Positions 8,913-18,774 are shown, numbered from the stretch's first letter. The stretch is 39,292 bases of DNA from Candidatus Thorarchaeota archaeon (GCA_003345595.1 PRDI01000040.1:1-39292); one strand, 5' to 3'. Notes: generated by a model not told the origin, from the letters alone. Numbers and translations are program-made.

Positions 8913-10838
8913 CTACTTCTTTGGCAGTTTGCCCATTTTTCCAAGATAGTCGGCGACATCTTTCAGCTGGAGCTTCTCAAGGGTGGCCTTCAGCGGCCAG
9001 CTTGTCTTGAGATCCCACTCGTGCAAAGCATAGTATCTGTCGAGCATACCATCGAGCTCTGCTCGCGAGTTCATCGCTCCCTTGAGAGGACCAGACGCCG
9101 CGCCTTCGTTCATGAGCCGCCAAGGCAAGTCATCATGCTGCCTCGTGGCACCGCGCGTTACATTGAACGCTTTCTCGAGTGTCACTACTCTCCTGCCGCT
9201 CAGCATGAGTTCTTGCTCGGTCATTGGGATACCTGTTGCGGCCTCATAGAGTCTTGCCATGTTGTCTGGGTTGACACCATACGCTGCGGTCGATGTGAAT
9301 ACACAGAAGCCAAGAGCCTCAGTTATCTCGTAGCAGTCCTCATGCCATCGCACTATCTCTGCTCTGTACTCTGTCGAGTGGGGTGTAGCCCACTTCTTGT
9401 CACCTGTCACTTTCTCAATGACAGCTATAGATTCTGGGCTGGCTCCAAACTCAGCAAAGGTTTCAGTCATGAGGTGATCATTCCCTCGCGGGTTGACCGC
9501 GAAGGCAAGCGCATATGCCTTTGCTGACCGGGTTTCAACATTGGACTGCTCAAGACCCTTTGAATTGATGATAGCCCACTTGTAGCTGTCCTTGCCAACC
9601 TTCTTTGTGGCGATCTTCAACCCATCGCCCAAGAGCTCGCCCAGCTTACCCTTGCGCAGTGCCAAAGCTTCAATCATCTTGAGCAGCTCAGGGAGTTTGC
9701 CCCATCCCAGTTCTAGACCGTCAGTGTCAGCCTTTGTCAGGACACCTCTCAGGTAGCTCTCAATCGCCCATTGGCAGACTGTGCCTGCGGTGATCGTATC
9801 AAGTCCCAGACGGTTGCATAGCTCATTGGCTAACATTACACCCTCAGTATCAACGATTCCGGGTCCGTTCCCCAGAGCTCCGAAGGTTTCATACTCAGGA
9901 CCGCCGCTTGCGATTCCTTTGTTCGGACCTTTTTCAATCGTGGAGTACCTGTGGCAGCCAATTGTGCAGCTGAAGCACGCGACCCTCCTCTTCAGATAGC
10001 CTTTCTCAACAAGTGCCTGACCGGTGATCGGGTAGACATTCGGGGTGTAACCCGTCTGCCAGTTCTTCCCGGGTAGGGCGTGAAGCTCATTCACAGCGGC
10101 GACTGAGGCAGCGGTGCCGAAATCGTGGAGTCCAATAGAACCACTGTCCTTCCGTAGGAGGTCCCTCATCTCTTTGGCAATCTCGGCGAACTTCTTGGGG
10201 TCCTTGACCTGTACTGTCTTCGTCCCTTTGACACTTATCGCCTTCAGCTTCTTCTTTCCCATGACGGCCGCTCCACCACCTCGGCCAGCTGCATGATATA
10301 CAGAGCACTGAATAGAGCCAGCACGTACGAGCCTCTCGCCGGCAGGTCCTATGTAGAGACCCCTGGAGTCTTCGCCGTGCTTCTTCTTGAGAAGCAGGTC
10401 AGTCTGAATCATGTCCTTGCCCCATAGATCTGCTGCATCTAGGATGTCAACATGATCATCCTCAATGTAGATGTATGAAGGCTTCTGCGCCTCACCGTGC
10501 ACAACGAGATGGTCGTAGCCGGCAAACTTCAGCTCTGACCCCCAGTGCCCTCCTGTGTTAGTCTTTAGATACATTCCAGTCGTGCAGCCCACTGTAGTGA
10601 CAGAGGTTCTTCCTGAGGCAGGCGCCGTAGTGCCCGTTAGAGCACCTGGCGCGAAGATTATGATATTGCGCGGGTCGTCCCATGTGATTGTAGGATCTCT
10701 GCAGGAGTCCCACAGGAGCTTGGCATTGATACCTCTACTACCAACATAGAGCCTTCGCCATTCCTCTGGCAGCTGCTGAGTCCATGTCTTGCCTGTAGTC
10801 AAGTCAACATGGAGAATCTTACCCTGATGTCCGAACAT
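8913..10838 (-). CDS. aor: Tungsten-containing aldehyde:ferredoxin oxidoreductase family protein
   Basis: GKILHVDLT, GGHWGSELKFAGYD, IGPAGE, AGRGGGAAVMGKKKLKAI, Fe-S motif CFSCTIGC, GPEYET, GLDTIT, RGNDH and GFCVF. Confidence 0.92.
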   Translation of the reverse strand: MFGHQGKILHVDLTTGKTWTQQLPEEWRRLYVGSRGINAKLLWDSCRDPTITWDDPRNIIIFAPGALTGTTAPASGRTSVTTVGCTTGMYLKTNTGGHWGSELKFAGYDHLVVHGEAQKPSYIYIEDDHVDILDAADLWGKDMIQTDLLLKKKHGEDSRGLYIGPAGERLVRAGSIQCSVYHAAGRGGGAAVMGKKKLKAISVKGTKTVQVKDPKKFAEIAKEMRDLLRKDSGSIGLHDFGTAASVAAVNELHALPGKNWQTGYTPNVYPITGQALVEKGYLKRRVACFSCTIGCHRYSTIEKGPNKGIASGGPEYETFGALGNGPGIVDTEGVMLANELCNRLGLDTITAGTVCQWAIESYLRGVLTKADTDGLELGWGKLPELLKMIEALALRKGKLGELLGDGLKIATKKVGKDSYKWAIINSKGLEQSNVETRSAKAYALAFAVNPRGNDHLMTETFAEFGASPESIAVIEKVTGDKKWATPHSTEYRAEIVRWHEDCYEITEALGFCVFTSTAAYGVNPDNMARLYEAATGIPMTEQELMLSGRRVVTLEKAFNVTRGATRQHDDLPWRLMNEGAASGPLKGAMNSRAELDGMLDRYYALHEWDLKTSWPLKATLEKLQLKDVADYLGKMGKLPKK

Positions 10839-10841
10839 GTC

Positions 10842-11333
10842 TTAGACAGCCTCCTTTGTTATCTCTCGATACATCGACATCCTAGCTGTGCGAAGCTTCT
10901 TCTTCTCCTTCGTTGTGGCATCAGTCTGATCGGCCCATCGGAGAGCATTGGGAACACAGTGCGGCACGCAATAGGGATCTCCGCCGCAGAGATCACAAAT
11001 CAACGGATACTTCTTCTCAGGGTGAAGCCCTATCCCATGGTAGGGGCAAGCATCAACACAGTTTCCACATCCTGTGCAGGAATCTTTGTACACTGAGATG
11101 ATACCAGTCTTCTTGTCCCTTTCCAGTGCTTTCTCAGGGCATGAGTCGACACAGGGGTGAGCCTCGCACTGCTCGCACAGCAGCTGGATGCCCAGTGCAA
11201 TCTCTTCTCGCTTCATTATCTTGATCCTCGACCTGTGAGGGTCAAACAGATCTTCCTTCGTCAAGGAACAAGCAAGGCTGCATTGCTTGCAGCCGGTACA
11301 CTTGTCCATGTCGACAAGTAGGAGCTTCGCCAT
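10842..11333 (-). CDS. 4Fe-4S polyferredoxin subunit associated with AOR
   Basis: CTGCKQCSLAC, CEQCEAHPCVDSCP, CTGCGNCVDACP and CDLCGGDPYCVPHC; ends 3 bp upstream of aor. Confidence 0.92.
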   Translation of the reverse strand: MAKLLLVDMDKCTGCKQCSLACSLTKEDLFDPHRSRIKIMKREEIALGIQLLCEQCEAHPCVDSCPEKALERDKKTGIISVYKDSCTGCGNCVDACPYHGIGLHPEKKYPLICDLCGGDPYCVPHCVPNALRWADQTDATTKEKKKLRTARMSMYREITKEAV

Positions 11334-11566
11334 AGCATTTCCAACCGGTTCAACTTAAACTGCCGAAAACCACTCGCAGCCCACATTAAAATCCTATCCT
11401 CCTCGTCATGTTCGGCTCAGCATATCGGCTCTGAAACGCAGGGCTGTAGTGCCAAAGGGACCAGCCCACAAAGCCTCTCCTCATTGTAGAGCCCATCATG
11501 AGTATGAAACGTAGGATTTAAGCGAGAATCTGAGCTCGTTAAAGTCCGGCGGGGTCTGACTAGGTT

Positions 11567-13840
11567 TTGAAGAGAAACGGGTTCGAGAAGGGGGTCCTGC
11601 GGCTTGTAAAACTACGGGACATCCTGGTATCAGAACAGAGTCTCGCAGATCAAAATGTCAAATCGCTCGACATGCTCATTTTGAGAATGGCCCTCGTCCA
11701 TGTACTATCACTGCTTGGCGCGATCCCAGATAGGGCGCTTGACGCGCTATTGACAAACCCTGAGAACGGATCAGGCAGCTTGTGCAAACGTCTGTCTGAG
11801 CTGTTTGATTCATCCCCCTCCGACCGGGGAAGACATCGAACTGATGGGTCCTCGCAATGCGGACGCCTACTGGCATCTTGTCCGCTTTCAAACGGTACAG
11901 TCACGTGTCGTGATTCCATTAGTCTGTCAGATGGGCAGGTCGAAGAACTGGCGGGCGCCTTGCAGGAAATTGCTCCTCCACCTGCCTACGGGAACATTGA
12001 CCCCAAGATACTGATGCTTGGTCGTATCTATGAACTACTCAGAAACTCTGGAAGCAGAAGGGAACATGGAATCTTCTACACCCCTGCGACAATAGCTGGA
12101 CTAATCTGCGACCTTGCTCTAGCTGCATATGAAAGGACATGGGCTTCGGATATGCCCCATGCAGACCCCAGCTCAATAGCACAATTAGTCACCCTCCAAG
12201 TCGCGGATAACTCATGCGGGACTGGTGTCTTTTTAGTCATCATATTGGATCGGCTTGCGCGGCTCATGGAAACAGCGGCCAAGCACTCGCCCAGCTGCCG
12301 AGAGAGTCTAGTTTCCGAGGGCATCAATCCAGAGAGCCGGTTCGTAATGATCCAACATATCTTGGCCAAGTGCATACATGGCAGGGACTTAGATGACACG
12401 GCCCTAACGATTGCGAGAACTCAGCTATGGCTCTATGCAGTGCATAATTGCGGCCTGCAGCGATTCACGTTACCACACATAGACTTAGCAGCGGCGGATA
12501 CTCTAGTTGACGGCAAGTCCGACTCAGCCCGCTTTGACATCGTGGTGGGGAATCCCCCCTACATGAGGGCGTCTCTACTGCCTGAGGATGTGAAATCGCA
12601 GCTGCGCAAGAGCTATTCGGTAGTCCGCGAGTACAACTCACATGCGCTCTTCATTGACTCAGCCGTTGAACACCTGAATCCGGGCGGAGTACTTGGTTAC
12701 ATCATTCACAAGAATGTTTTCACACTTGATAGCTTCAGAGACCTCCGCGAACGCCTTCTTACCACCTATCAATGCGTGGAACTAGTTGACTGCGGTCTGG
12801 GCGTGTTCAGGGGTGTGACGGCGGAAACGGGAATTATCGTCTTGAGGAAAGCGGCCGCCAACTCAACTTTGAATACCAGACTCTCTCACTACACCGTAAC
12901 CTCGGAATCTGTGGACGAGATACTTGTCCTCCCTCAGAACGACTACATTCGCATTGTCCGTCCCTGGAACTACCGCTACCTGCTGTCTCTTGGCCAAGAC
13001 GACCTACCGTTGTTAGAGCGTTTCCAAGACTATCCCCGCTTAGATGAACAAGCTGTGGTCAGAAGAGGAATAGAAACAGGCGACAATCGTAGATATCTTA
13101 CTGGCTCACCCACAGAGGATCGCAACTGGGTTCCAGTCTTGCGTGGACGAGACATATCCCCCTTCAGGGCAGATCCATCCGCGTACCTTGACTATTCTCG
13201 TGAATCGCTTGCGAAGCCGGGTCCCAAAAGAATGAAGGAGATTCCCAAAGTTGTGGTGCAACAGAACGCAATGAACCCAATCGCCTGCTATGACGAAGGT
13301 AGGTCACTCGTGCTCAACTCTGCCACCTACTTGTCTGAAGCTCCCAAGGAAACACTGAAGTCACTTTGTGTCTTCCTCAACTCCGGCCTCGTGTGTTGGT
13401 TCTTTCGGAAAGTCATGACGAACAACGCAACCGTGACCGTCAATGTATTACCCAACAACTTGGGACGAATACCGGTCCCAGTGTCCTTCGACCGTACAGT
13501 CCTTGCGTGGCTCTGCGACCTTCTCACTTTCGAAGCAGCCCAATCCGAAGATTCAGAAGCCAAGAGGGATCAGTATCGAACATGGTGGAGAACTATAGCA
13601 GAGGCGGTCGTGATAGAGGCCTATCTCCCCGAACTCTTCCCTGGCACGAGAGCAACAAAAGCACTCTCGTCTTTCATCTCTCACGCTCCGGCGCCCGAGC
13701 AAGGCATTTTGTTCTCAAAGGAGAGTCTATCGACAATCGCAAGAGAGGTCTTGGGGAGAAGAGAGGTTCAGCCTCTGGCAGACAAGGGCGCCTTTGCTGA
13801 TAGACGGAGGAGAATAGTGATAAGCGACTCTAGAAGATGA
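11567..13840 (+). CDS. N6-adenine DNA methyltransferase (TaqI/Eco57I-like, with C-terminal target-recognition domain)
   Basis: LGRIYE...GIFYTP, motif I DNSCGTGVFL, IHGRDLD, motif IV FDIVVGNPPY, LNPGGVLGYI, and a TaqI_C-like region (RGIETGDN, LRGRDI, FLNSGL). Exact start uncertain. Confidence 0.88.
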   Translation: MKRNGFEKGVLRLVKLRDILVSEQSLADQNVKSLDMLILRMALVHVLSLLGAIPDRALDALLTNPENGSGSLCKRLSELFDSSPSDRGRHRTDGSSQCGRLLASCPLSNGTVTCRDSISLSDGQVEELAGALQEIAPPPAYGNIDPKILMLGRIYELLRNSGSRREHGIFYTPATIAGLICDLALAAYERTWASDMPHADPSSIAQLVTLQVADNSCGTGVFLVIILDRLARLMETAAKHSPSCRESLVSEGINPESRFVMIQHILAKCIHGRDLDDTALTIARTQLWLYAVHNCGLQRFTLPHIDLAAADTLVDGKSDSARFDIVVGNPPYMRASLLPEDVKSQLRKSYSVVREYNSHALFIDSAVEHLNPGGVLGYIIHKNVFTLDSFRDLRERLLTTYQCVELVDCGLGVFRGVTAETGIIVLRKAAANSTLNTRLSHYTVTSESVDEILVLPQNDYIRIVRPWNYRYLLSLGQDDLPLLERFQDYPRLDEQAVVRRGIETGDNRRYLTGSPTEDRNWVPVLRGRDISPFRADPSAYLDYSRESLAKPGPKRMKEIPKVVVQQNAMNPIACYDEGRSLVLNSATYLSEAPKETLKSLCVFLNSGLVCWFFRKVMTNNATVTVNVLPNNLGRIPVPVSFDRTVLAWLCDLLTFEAAQSEDSEAKRDQYRTWWRTIAEAVVIEAYLPELFPGTRATKALSSFISHAPAPEQGILFSKESLSTIAREVLGRREVQPLADKGAFADRRRRIVISDSRR

Positions 13841-13850
13841 CGTTGTAGAC

Positions 13851-14387
13851 ATGACAACCCCAGAAACTCGTGAGAGAAGACCAGATGAGCTGGACACAAC
13901 TCTTCTCCAATGGAGTAGGTCGCAAGAGCTCAAGGAAAGCGTCCAGATGATCATCTCGCACCATCCCCCTTCGTACTTCGGACACTGCCTTCGAGTATCC
14001 TTTATGGGTAAGTCTGTCTATTTCTGCGGCCGGTGTTCAGGCATCTACGGAGGTCTGGCATTAGGGCTTTTGGTTCTCTTGGTTGGACACGTGACCCTGG
14101 AGCCATCATGGCTCTGGTTCCTCGGAGCTGTTGGGATTGGTTTTGCCACAGTCGTCGATTGGACAACGCAGAGACTCACCCCCCGCAAGACCACGGTCAG
14201 AATCAGGGCGGTCACTGGACTCCTGAGTGGGTTATCTCTAGCGGTCATTTTTGTTCTGGCAAATGTAGCTTACCTGCTCGTGGCGCTCATAGTAATGGGC
14301 GGTTCAATCGGATTGGTCGGTGCCATAGAAACAAAACGCAGCCGGAGTAGTTCGCCAGAACCACCTTCGAAAGGGATTGCCAACTGA
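13851..14387 (+). CDS. DUF2085-like membrane protein
   Basis: SHH...GHC...FCGRCSGIYGG, VDWTTQ, RAVTGLLSG, and about 4 TM helices. Confidence 0.75.
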   Translation: MTTPETRERRPDELDTTLLQWSRSQELKESVQMIISHHPPSYFGHCLRVSFMGKSVYFCGRCSGIYGGLALGLLVLLVGHVTLEPSWLWFLGAVGIGFATVVDWTTQRLTPRKTTVRIRAVTGLLSGLSLAVIFVLANVAYLLVALIVMGGSIGLVGAIETKRSRSSSPEPPSKGIAN

Positions 14388-14500
14388 CCTGAAGAACATT
14401 CTGGGAACTTGACCCAACGTCCTTTTAATCGCTGCACGCCTAGACACTCGTAAGGTAAGCGTTTTAACTGCCACAGTCGACCCGACACAAGGTGTTTGGG

Positions 14501-15637
14501 ATGATTCCGGTCGCAAAGCCTCTTGTTGGAAAAGAAGAAGTTGAAGCTGTAAGAAAGGTCCTTGAGTCAGGGATGCTGGCTGAGGGAAAGGTGTCTCGTG
14601 AACTCGAAAAACAGTTCGCGGGGTATGTTGGTACGAAGTTCGCCACCGTAACGAGTAATGGCACAACTGCTCTAAGTACTGCGCTCGAAGCTATGGACAT
14701 ACAACCGGGCGACGAGGTCATAACGACACCCTTCACATTCATCGCATCTGCTAACACCATCGCAATGCTTGGGGCCATCCCCGTCTTCGTCGACGTTGAA
14801 CGAGACACATACAACATTGATCCCGATCTAGTCGAAAAGGCCGTAACCAAGAAGACCAAAGCAATCATGCCAGTCCACATCTTCGGGATGCCGTGTGACA
14901 TGAAGCGCATTATGGAGATTGCAGAGACCCACGGTCTCATGGTCATCGAGGATGCGGCCCAAGCCCACGGTGCCGCAATAGGCGGGAAGAAGATAGGCTC
15001 ATTCGGTCATACTGCTGCATTCTCATTCTATGCCACAAAGAACATGATGACCGGAGAAGGCGGCTTGATTGTGACTAACGACGAGGATATCTACGACAGA
15101 GCCAACATGATCAAGAATCATGGCCGAGGAAAGGAAGGAGGATACAGCCACTTCCGTATTGGCTATAACAACCGGATGACGGATATTTCAGCCGCGATCG
15201 GCATTGAACAGCTGAAGAGACTGCCGGGTGTACTGGCAGCCCGTAGAAAGAACGCCCAAGCCTATGACAGACTCCTCTCCGAGCTGAAAGGTGTTCGACC
15301 ACAGGTCCAGAGGAAAGGATTCGAGTCGGCCTATCATGTCTATGCGCCCTGCCTGTATTCCGACAAGATGAGTCGTGATCAGATGGTCGAGTATCTAAAG
15401 CAGAACGAAGTAGGCTCTAGAACAGTCTATGCGCTGCCCTGTCACAAGCAGGACACGTACCTGAACATCAGTCAGTGGCGCTGGGCCAAGTTCGTGAAGT
15501 ATCCCAAGTACTCGGCCATGAAGCTTCCTGTTTCTGAAGAGATAGGTGCGCGACACTTTGAGATTCCTGTGCACGCGATGGTCACGGACGCAGACAGAGC
15601 TCATATTGACCAAGTGATCCGGAAAGCTCTCTCTTAG
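14501..15637 (+). CDS. DegT/DnrJ/EryC1/StrS family PLP-dependent sugar aminotransferase
   Basis: SNGTTAL, GDEVITTPFTFIAS, IMPVH, EDAAQAHG, SFYATKNMMTGEGG (PLP lysine) and GYNNRM. AAGGTG RBS precedes ATG 14501. Confidence 0.93.
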   Translation: MIPVAKPLVGKEEVEAVRKVLESGMLAEGKVSRELEKQFAGYVGTKFATVTSNGTTALSTALEAMDIQPGDEVITTPFTFIASANTIAMLGAIPVFVDVERDTYNIDPDLVEKAVTKKTKAIMPVHIFGMPCDMKRIMEIAETHGLMVIEDAAQAHGAAIGGKKIGSFGHTAAFSFYATKNMMTGEGGLIVTNDEDIYDRANMIKNHGRGKEGGYSHFRIGYNNRMTDISAAIGIEQLKRLPGVLAARRKNAQAYDRLLSELKGVRPQVQRKGFESAYHVYAPCLYSDKMSRDQMVEYLKQNEVGSRTVYALPCHKQDTYLNISQWRWAKFVKYPKYSAMKLPVSEEIGARHFEIPVHAMVTDADRAHIDQVIRKALS

Positions 15638-16311
15638 ACCGTAGACTCGAAGTAGGACAGCAAGGATCGGAGATCCTTCGAGTGGACGGTGACGGTAGCT
15701 GAGCGGCTCACTCTCTCTGTCTGTGGATTGAATGCGACGCTGAAAGAGGATGCCTTGAACAGGTCCAAGTCGTTCTCACCGTCGCCTACACTCGCCAGGT
15801 TCTTTGAACTAAGTCCGATGTCCTTCATGTGTTGAAGAACCTTTTCCGCTTTCTGCGGCCCCTCCATAACATACTGTACGGTGCCGTCATGTCTCCCGTC
15901 TTTTTCTCCCAGAACGTTGGAGTAGGCAAAGTCCAAATCCAATCTACGGCTGAAAGGTTTCATGAAGAACTGGCTGGCCCCACTGGACACACAGCCCACC
16001 TGGTAGCCACGCTTCTTCAGGGTGGCAACAGTCTCTTCGGCACCTTCCATCAATGGGAGCCTCTCAACTATCGGATCAAGTGTGCCGTCAACAGGGATAC
16101 CGGTCCAGACCTTGGCTCCCAGAAGCAGGGATTCACGCACGCTCAGTTTCTCACGTGCCGCCTTTGCGATTGCCCCAAGAAACGCATTCTCAAGACCCAT
16201 CTGCTTGGCTATGGGGTACACCACGCTTGGTCCATCGAAAAGCACACCATCAAGGTCCAATACAACGACCTTGATGTGACTTTTCTTGGAAGAGTGTTGG
16301 CCAGGTTCCAT
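15634..16311 (-). CDS. HAD-IB phosphatase, phosphoserine phosphatase (SerB)-like
   Basis: Motif I DLDGVL, motif II VSSG, conserved Lys (PQKA), motif IV GDGENDL, and AFNP. Confidence 0.85.
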   Translation of the reverse strand: MEPGQHSSKKSHIKVVVLDLDGVLFDGPSVVYPIAKQMGLENAFLGAIAKAAREKLSVRESLLLGAKVWTGIPVDGTLDPIVERLPLMEGAEETVATLKKRGYQVGCVSSGASQFFMKPFSRRLDLDFAYSNVLGEKDGRHDGTVQYVMEGPQKAEKVLQHMKDIGLSSKNLASVGDGENDLDLFKASSFSVAFNPQTERVSRSATVTVHSKDLRSLLSYFESTV

Positions 16312-16375
16312 GGGGAAGTCACTGAGTCTGAAGGGACAAGGGTATTAACGGTTCTGATTGCCTATCAGAAACAAG

Positions 16376-17530
16376 ATGAATATCATCTACAAGGGCAAGC
16401 GAACCGGCACGGTCAATGAGATACGCAAGATACTCAGAACCCCTCGCAAGGCCGAATCTCTTGTCTTCAACCTAACCAAGATGCCGCATGAAACTACTAG
16501 TGGATTACTCATTGTCTGTGGAGAGGTGGGTAAGGAGAGCGCAGCCCTATACAAGGCCAAGGCGGGAGAAATCGGAGCCGACTTCATTGTTGGCGGTTCC
16601 GAAGCATGGCCCTCCACCATGAAGGGCATACGCAAGGTCTTTGACCCAAGCAGGCATCAAGCCATTCTACTGATAGGCTCAGCGACTGAACTACCTTCAA
16701 CGTCAATAACACACAAAGGCTCCTCCTCTTACACAGATTGGTTCATACAGGACGCTGATGGTGACGGTATTCCTGATGTTCCTGTCGGCAGGATATTCGG
16801 ACCACCAAGGACAGTCATGTATCATATGGACCCAATGATCATCGACAGCAACATTGCAGTCGTGTTCGATAGTCAGCCCGGACGGTCAAACCGTCACGTG
16901 CAGGCTCTTGCGAAACTGGGGTTTGATGTTGAGGTCTTGGAGAAGTTCACTCCGCAAGACCTCAAGCTCATGTGCGTTTGCGAGTTCATCCTACAATTCT
17001 CTGATGGTGTCTATACTTCCAGAATACATGGAACACCGGAGATGTGGGCATCGCACAATTCGATGATTCTCAGCTACGAACAGGCCGCTCAGATCAACTT
17101 CGAAGGGTACCCCTTCATCTATTCGGAAGCATGCTGCACGGCTCGCGAAGGCCCCCTCCTGAAGGCGTTCCTCAATCAAGGGGCTTGCTACCTAGGAGCG
17201 ACCATGGATACTATGAACAACATCAAGCCGTTTGACGACTGGCCAGACTGTGCATATTGTGATGGATACAAGTTCGGTCTTCTCGACTTACTGGATAGTT
17301 ACGATCGCCTGGGACAAGTGAAGCTACAGGTGGAGAGAGTGCTGCTGGAGCATCTGAATCCCAACGCTCAACGCGAGATTGAAAGCGTAGGCAAGTCCCA
17401 ATCGTCTGACATTGAATCAGAGAATGCTCTCTCTGTCATCGAGTGGGTGTTTTTCGGAAACCCGATGCGTTACACGACTGTCGGACCCAATGCAGACTAT
17501 ACGCCCGGCAAGCTGATTGTGGACACCTAG
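16376..17530 (+). CDS. Peptidase C25 (gingipain-like, clan CD) cysteine peptidase without signal peptide
   Basis: ILLIG, YTDWF..DADGDGIPDVPVGRI, His-Gly in IHGTPEMW, Cys in YSEACCT, YLGAT and a terminal FFGNP. An alternative start is TTG 16358. Confidence 0.72.
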   Translation: MNIIYKGKRTGTVNEIRKILRTPRKAESLVFNLTKMPHETTSGLLIVCGEVGKESAALYKAKAGEIGADFIVGGSEAWPSTMKGIRKVFDPSRHQAILLIGSATELPSTSITHKGSSSYTDWFIQDADGDGIPDVPVGRIFGPPRTVMYHMDPMIIDSNIAVVFDSQPGRSNRHVQALAKLGFDVEVLEKFTPQDLKLMCVCEFILQFSDGVYTSRIHGTPEMWASHNSMILSYEQAAQINFEGYPFIYSEACCTAREGPLLKAFLNQGACYLGATMDTMNNIKPFDDWPDCAYCDGYKFGLLDLLDSYDRLGQVKLQVERVLLEHLNPNAQREIESVGKSQSSDIESENALSVIEWVFFGNPMRYTTVGPNADYTPGKLIVDT

Positions 17531-17850
17531 AAGGGCGCGCTCAACATCTAATCATTTTGACAAATCGTTCAAATCGCCCGACGGCAAGGTGCAGGAAGAC
17601 CAATAGTCGCGTAACAAGCTGTTACGGACGCGACTCAGGTGAGTACAGAAGAGACAGAATTACCTTAAACAAACTGAAGCATGAAATCGGAGCCAAGGTA
17701 CGGAAACCGTGCGATGTTTACAGGTATCTCGTGAAGGAAGCGATGTGGTACTATACTTCCGCCCCGCCATCTTCATGAGGCGAATCGGCCCTAATAATAT
17801 GACAGAAGCAGCAAACCCGTTCTCATCGGATTGCAGGGAGCTAACCACAA

Positions 17851-18774
17851 ATGACATTCTCAATGCATGTGCCACAGTCCTATGACCTGCTCCTCTCGGT
17901 TCACGCTTGGGTCTATCCCGACATACAGCCTGTTCCGGAGTCTACTTGGGAAGACGCTTTTGGCAGGCTCTTCACAATTGGAGATGTCTGTACTCCCATT
18001 GTTGTTTCGCAGTCATCGGCCGGACGACCGCTCCATGTGGATTTTGAGGATGATTCAACGAGCAGAGATGCTGTGCGCAGGAAGGTCAGGCAGGTTTTGG
18101 GCCTTGACATCGACACGACCGGCGCACTTGCATGCATAGCAGGAGACCCCGTTATCCACGAGATAGCATCACAAGTGAGAGGGATACGTCCGTATACCGC
18201 AGACACTGTCTTTGAAGCCCTAATCAAGGCCATAGTCCAACAGCAGATATCATATCGGGCTGCTAGTGTCATCACCAAACGCATTGTATCGAAGTTCGCA
18301 GTCCCATCGGTCTGCTGCAAGCATCTCCTCTACCCGTTCCCCGACGGCCGGATGATTCTCAGTGGTGGGAGCTCCAAGCTTGCTGACATAGGTCTGGGGT
18401 TCAAGGGGCGGTATGTGCATGAAGTATGCTCGATGGTAGCAAGTGGTACCCTGGAGTTAGAGGATCTGATCGGGAGGACCGCTGATGCTGCTCGAGAAGC
18501 GCTCAGCGGTATCAAGGGAATCGGAGACTGGACCCTGAACGCGTTGGCGATCTCCAGTCTAGGCGATTTCTCAGTATTCCCATACAATGACGTAGGGATG
18601 AGAAACCTGTTGGGCAGGTTGTACAAGCGAAGAGAGCGAGTGTCAGAGGCGGAGGTGAGAGAAATGGCCGGCCAATGGGGGACTGAGGGGCCCTTGGTTC
18701 TTTATCTGCTCATGTGTGCGGATGTGCTTGGTACCATCAGTTCGGCGAGGAGGTCAAAAACGCATAAAAGGTGA
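17851..18774 (+). CDS. alkA: AlkA-like DNA-3-methyladenine glycosylase (HhH-GPD)
   Basis: FEALIKAIVQQQIS, YPFP, HhH motif IKGIGDWT, and FPYND (catalytic Asp). Confidence 0.85.
   Translation: MTFSMHVPQSYDLLLSVHAWVYPDIQPVPESTWEDAFGRLFTIGDVCTPIVVSQSSAGRPLHVDFEDDSTSRDAVRRKVRQVLGLDIDTTGALACIAGDPVIHEIASQVRGIRPYTADTVFEALIKAIVQQQISYRAASVITKRIVSKFAVPSVCCKHLLYPFPDGRMILSGGSSKLADIGLGFKGRYVHEVCSMVASGTLELEDLIGRTADAAREALSGIKGIGDWTLNALAISSLGDFSVFPYNDVGMRNLLGRLYKRRERVSEAEVREMAGQWGTEGPLVLYLLMCADVLGTISSARRSKTHKR

Noticed and set aside
8895-8919. GGGGG-ACG-CCCCC hairpin at the aor stop as a terminator
   Set aside because: The stem is short, overlaps the stop codon and has only a weak U-tract, so support is insufficient.
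7710-9527. Long antisense ORFs (7710..8465, 8892..9527; likewise 2975..3556, 15829..16419, 34999..35787)
   Set aside because: These are shadows of well-supported genes on the opposite strand and carry no recognisable motifs.
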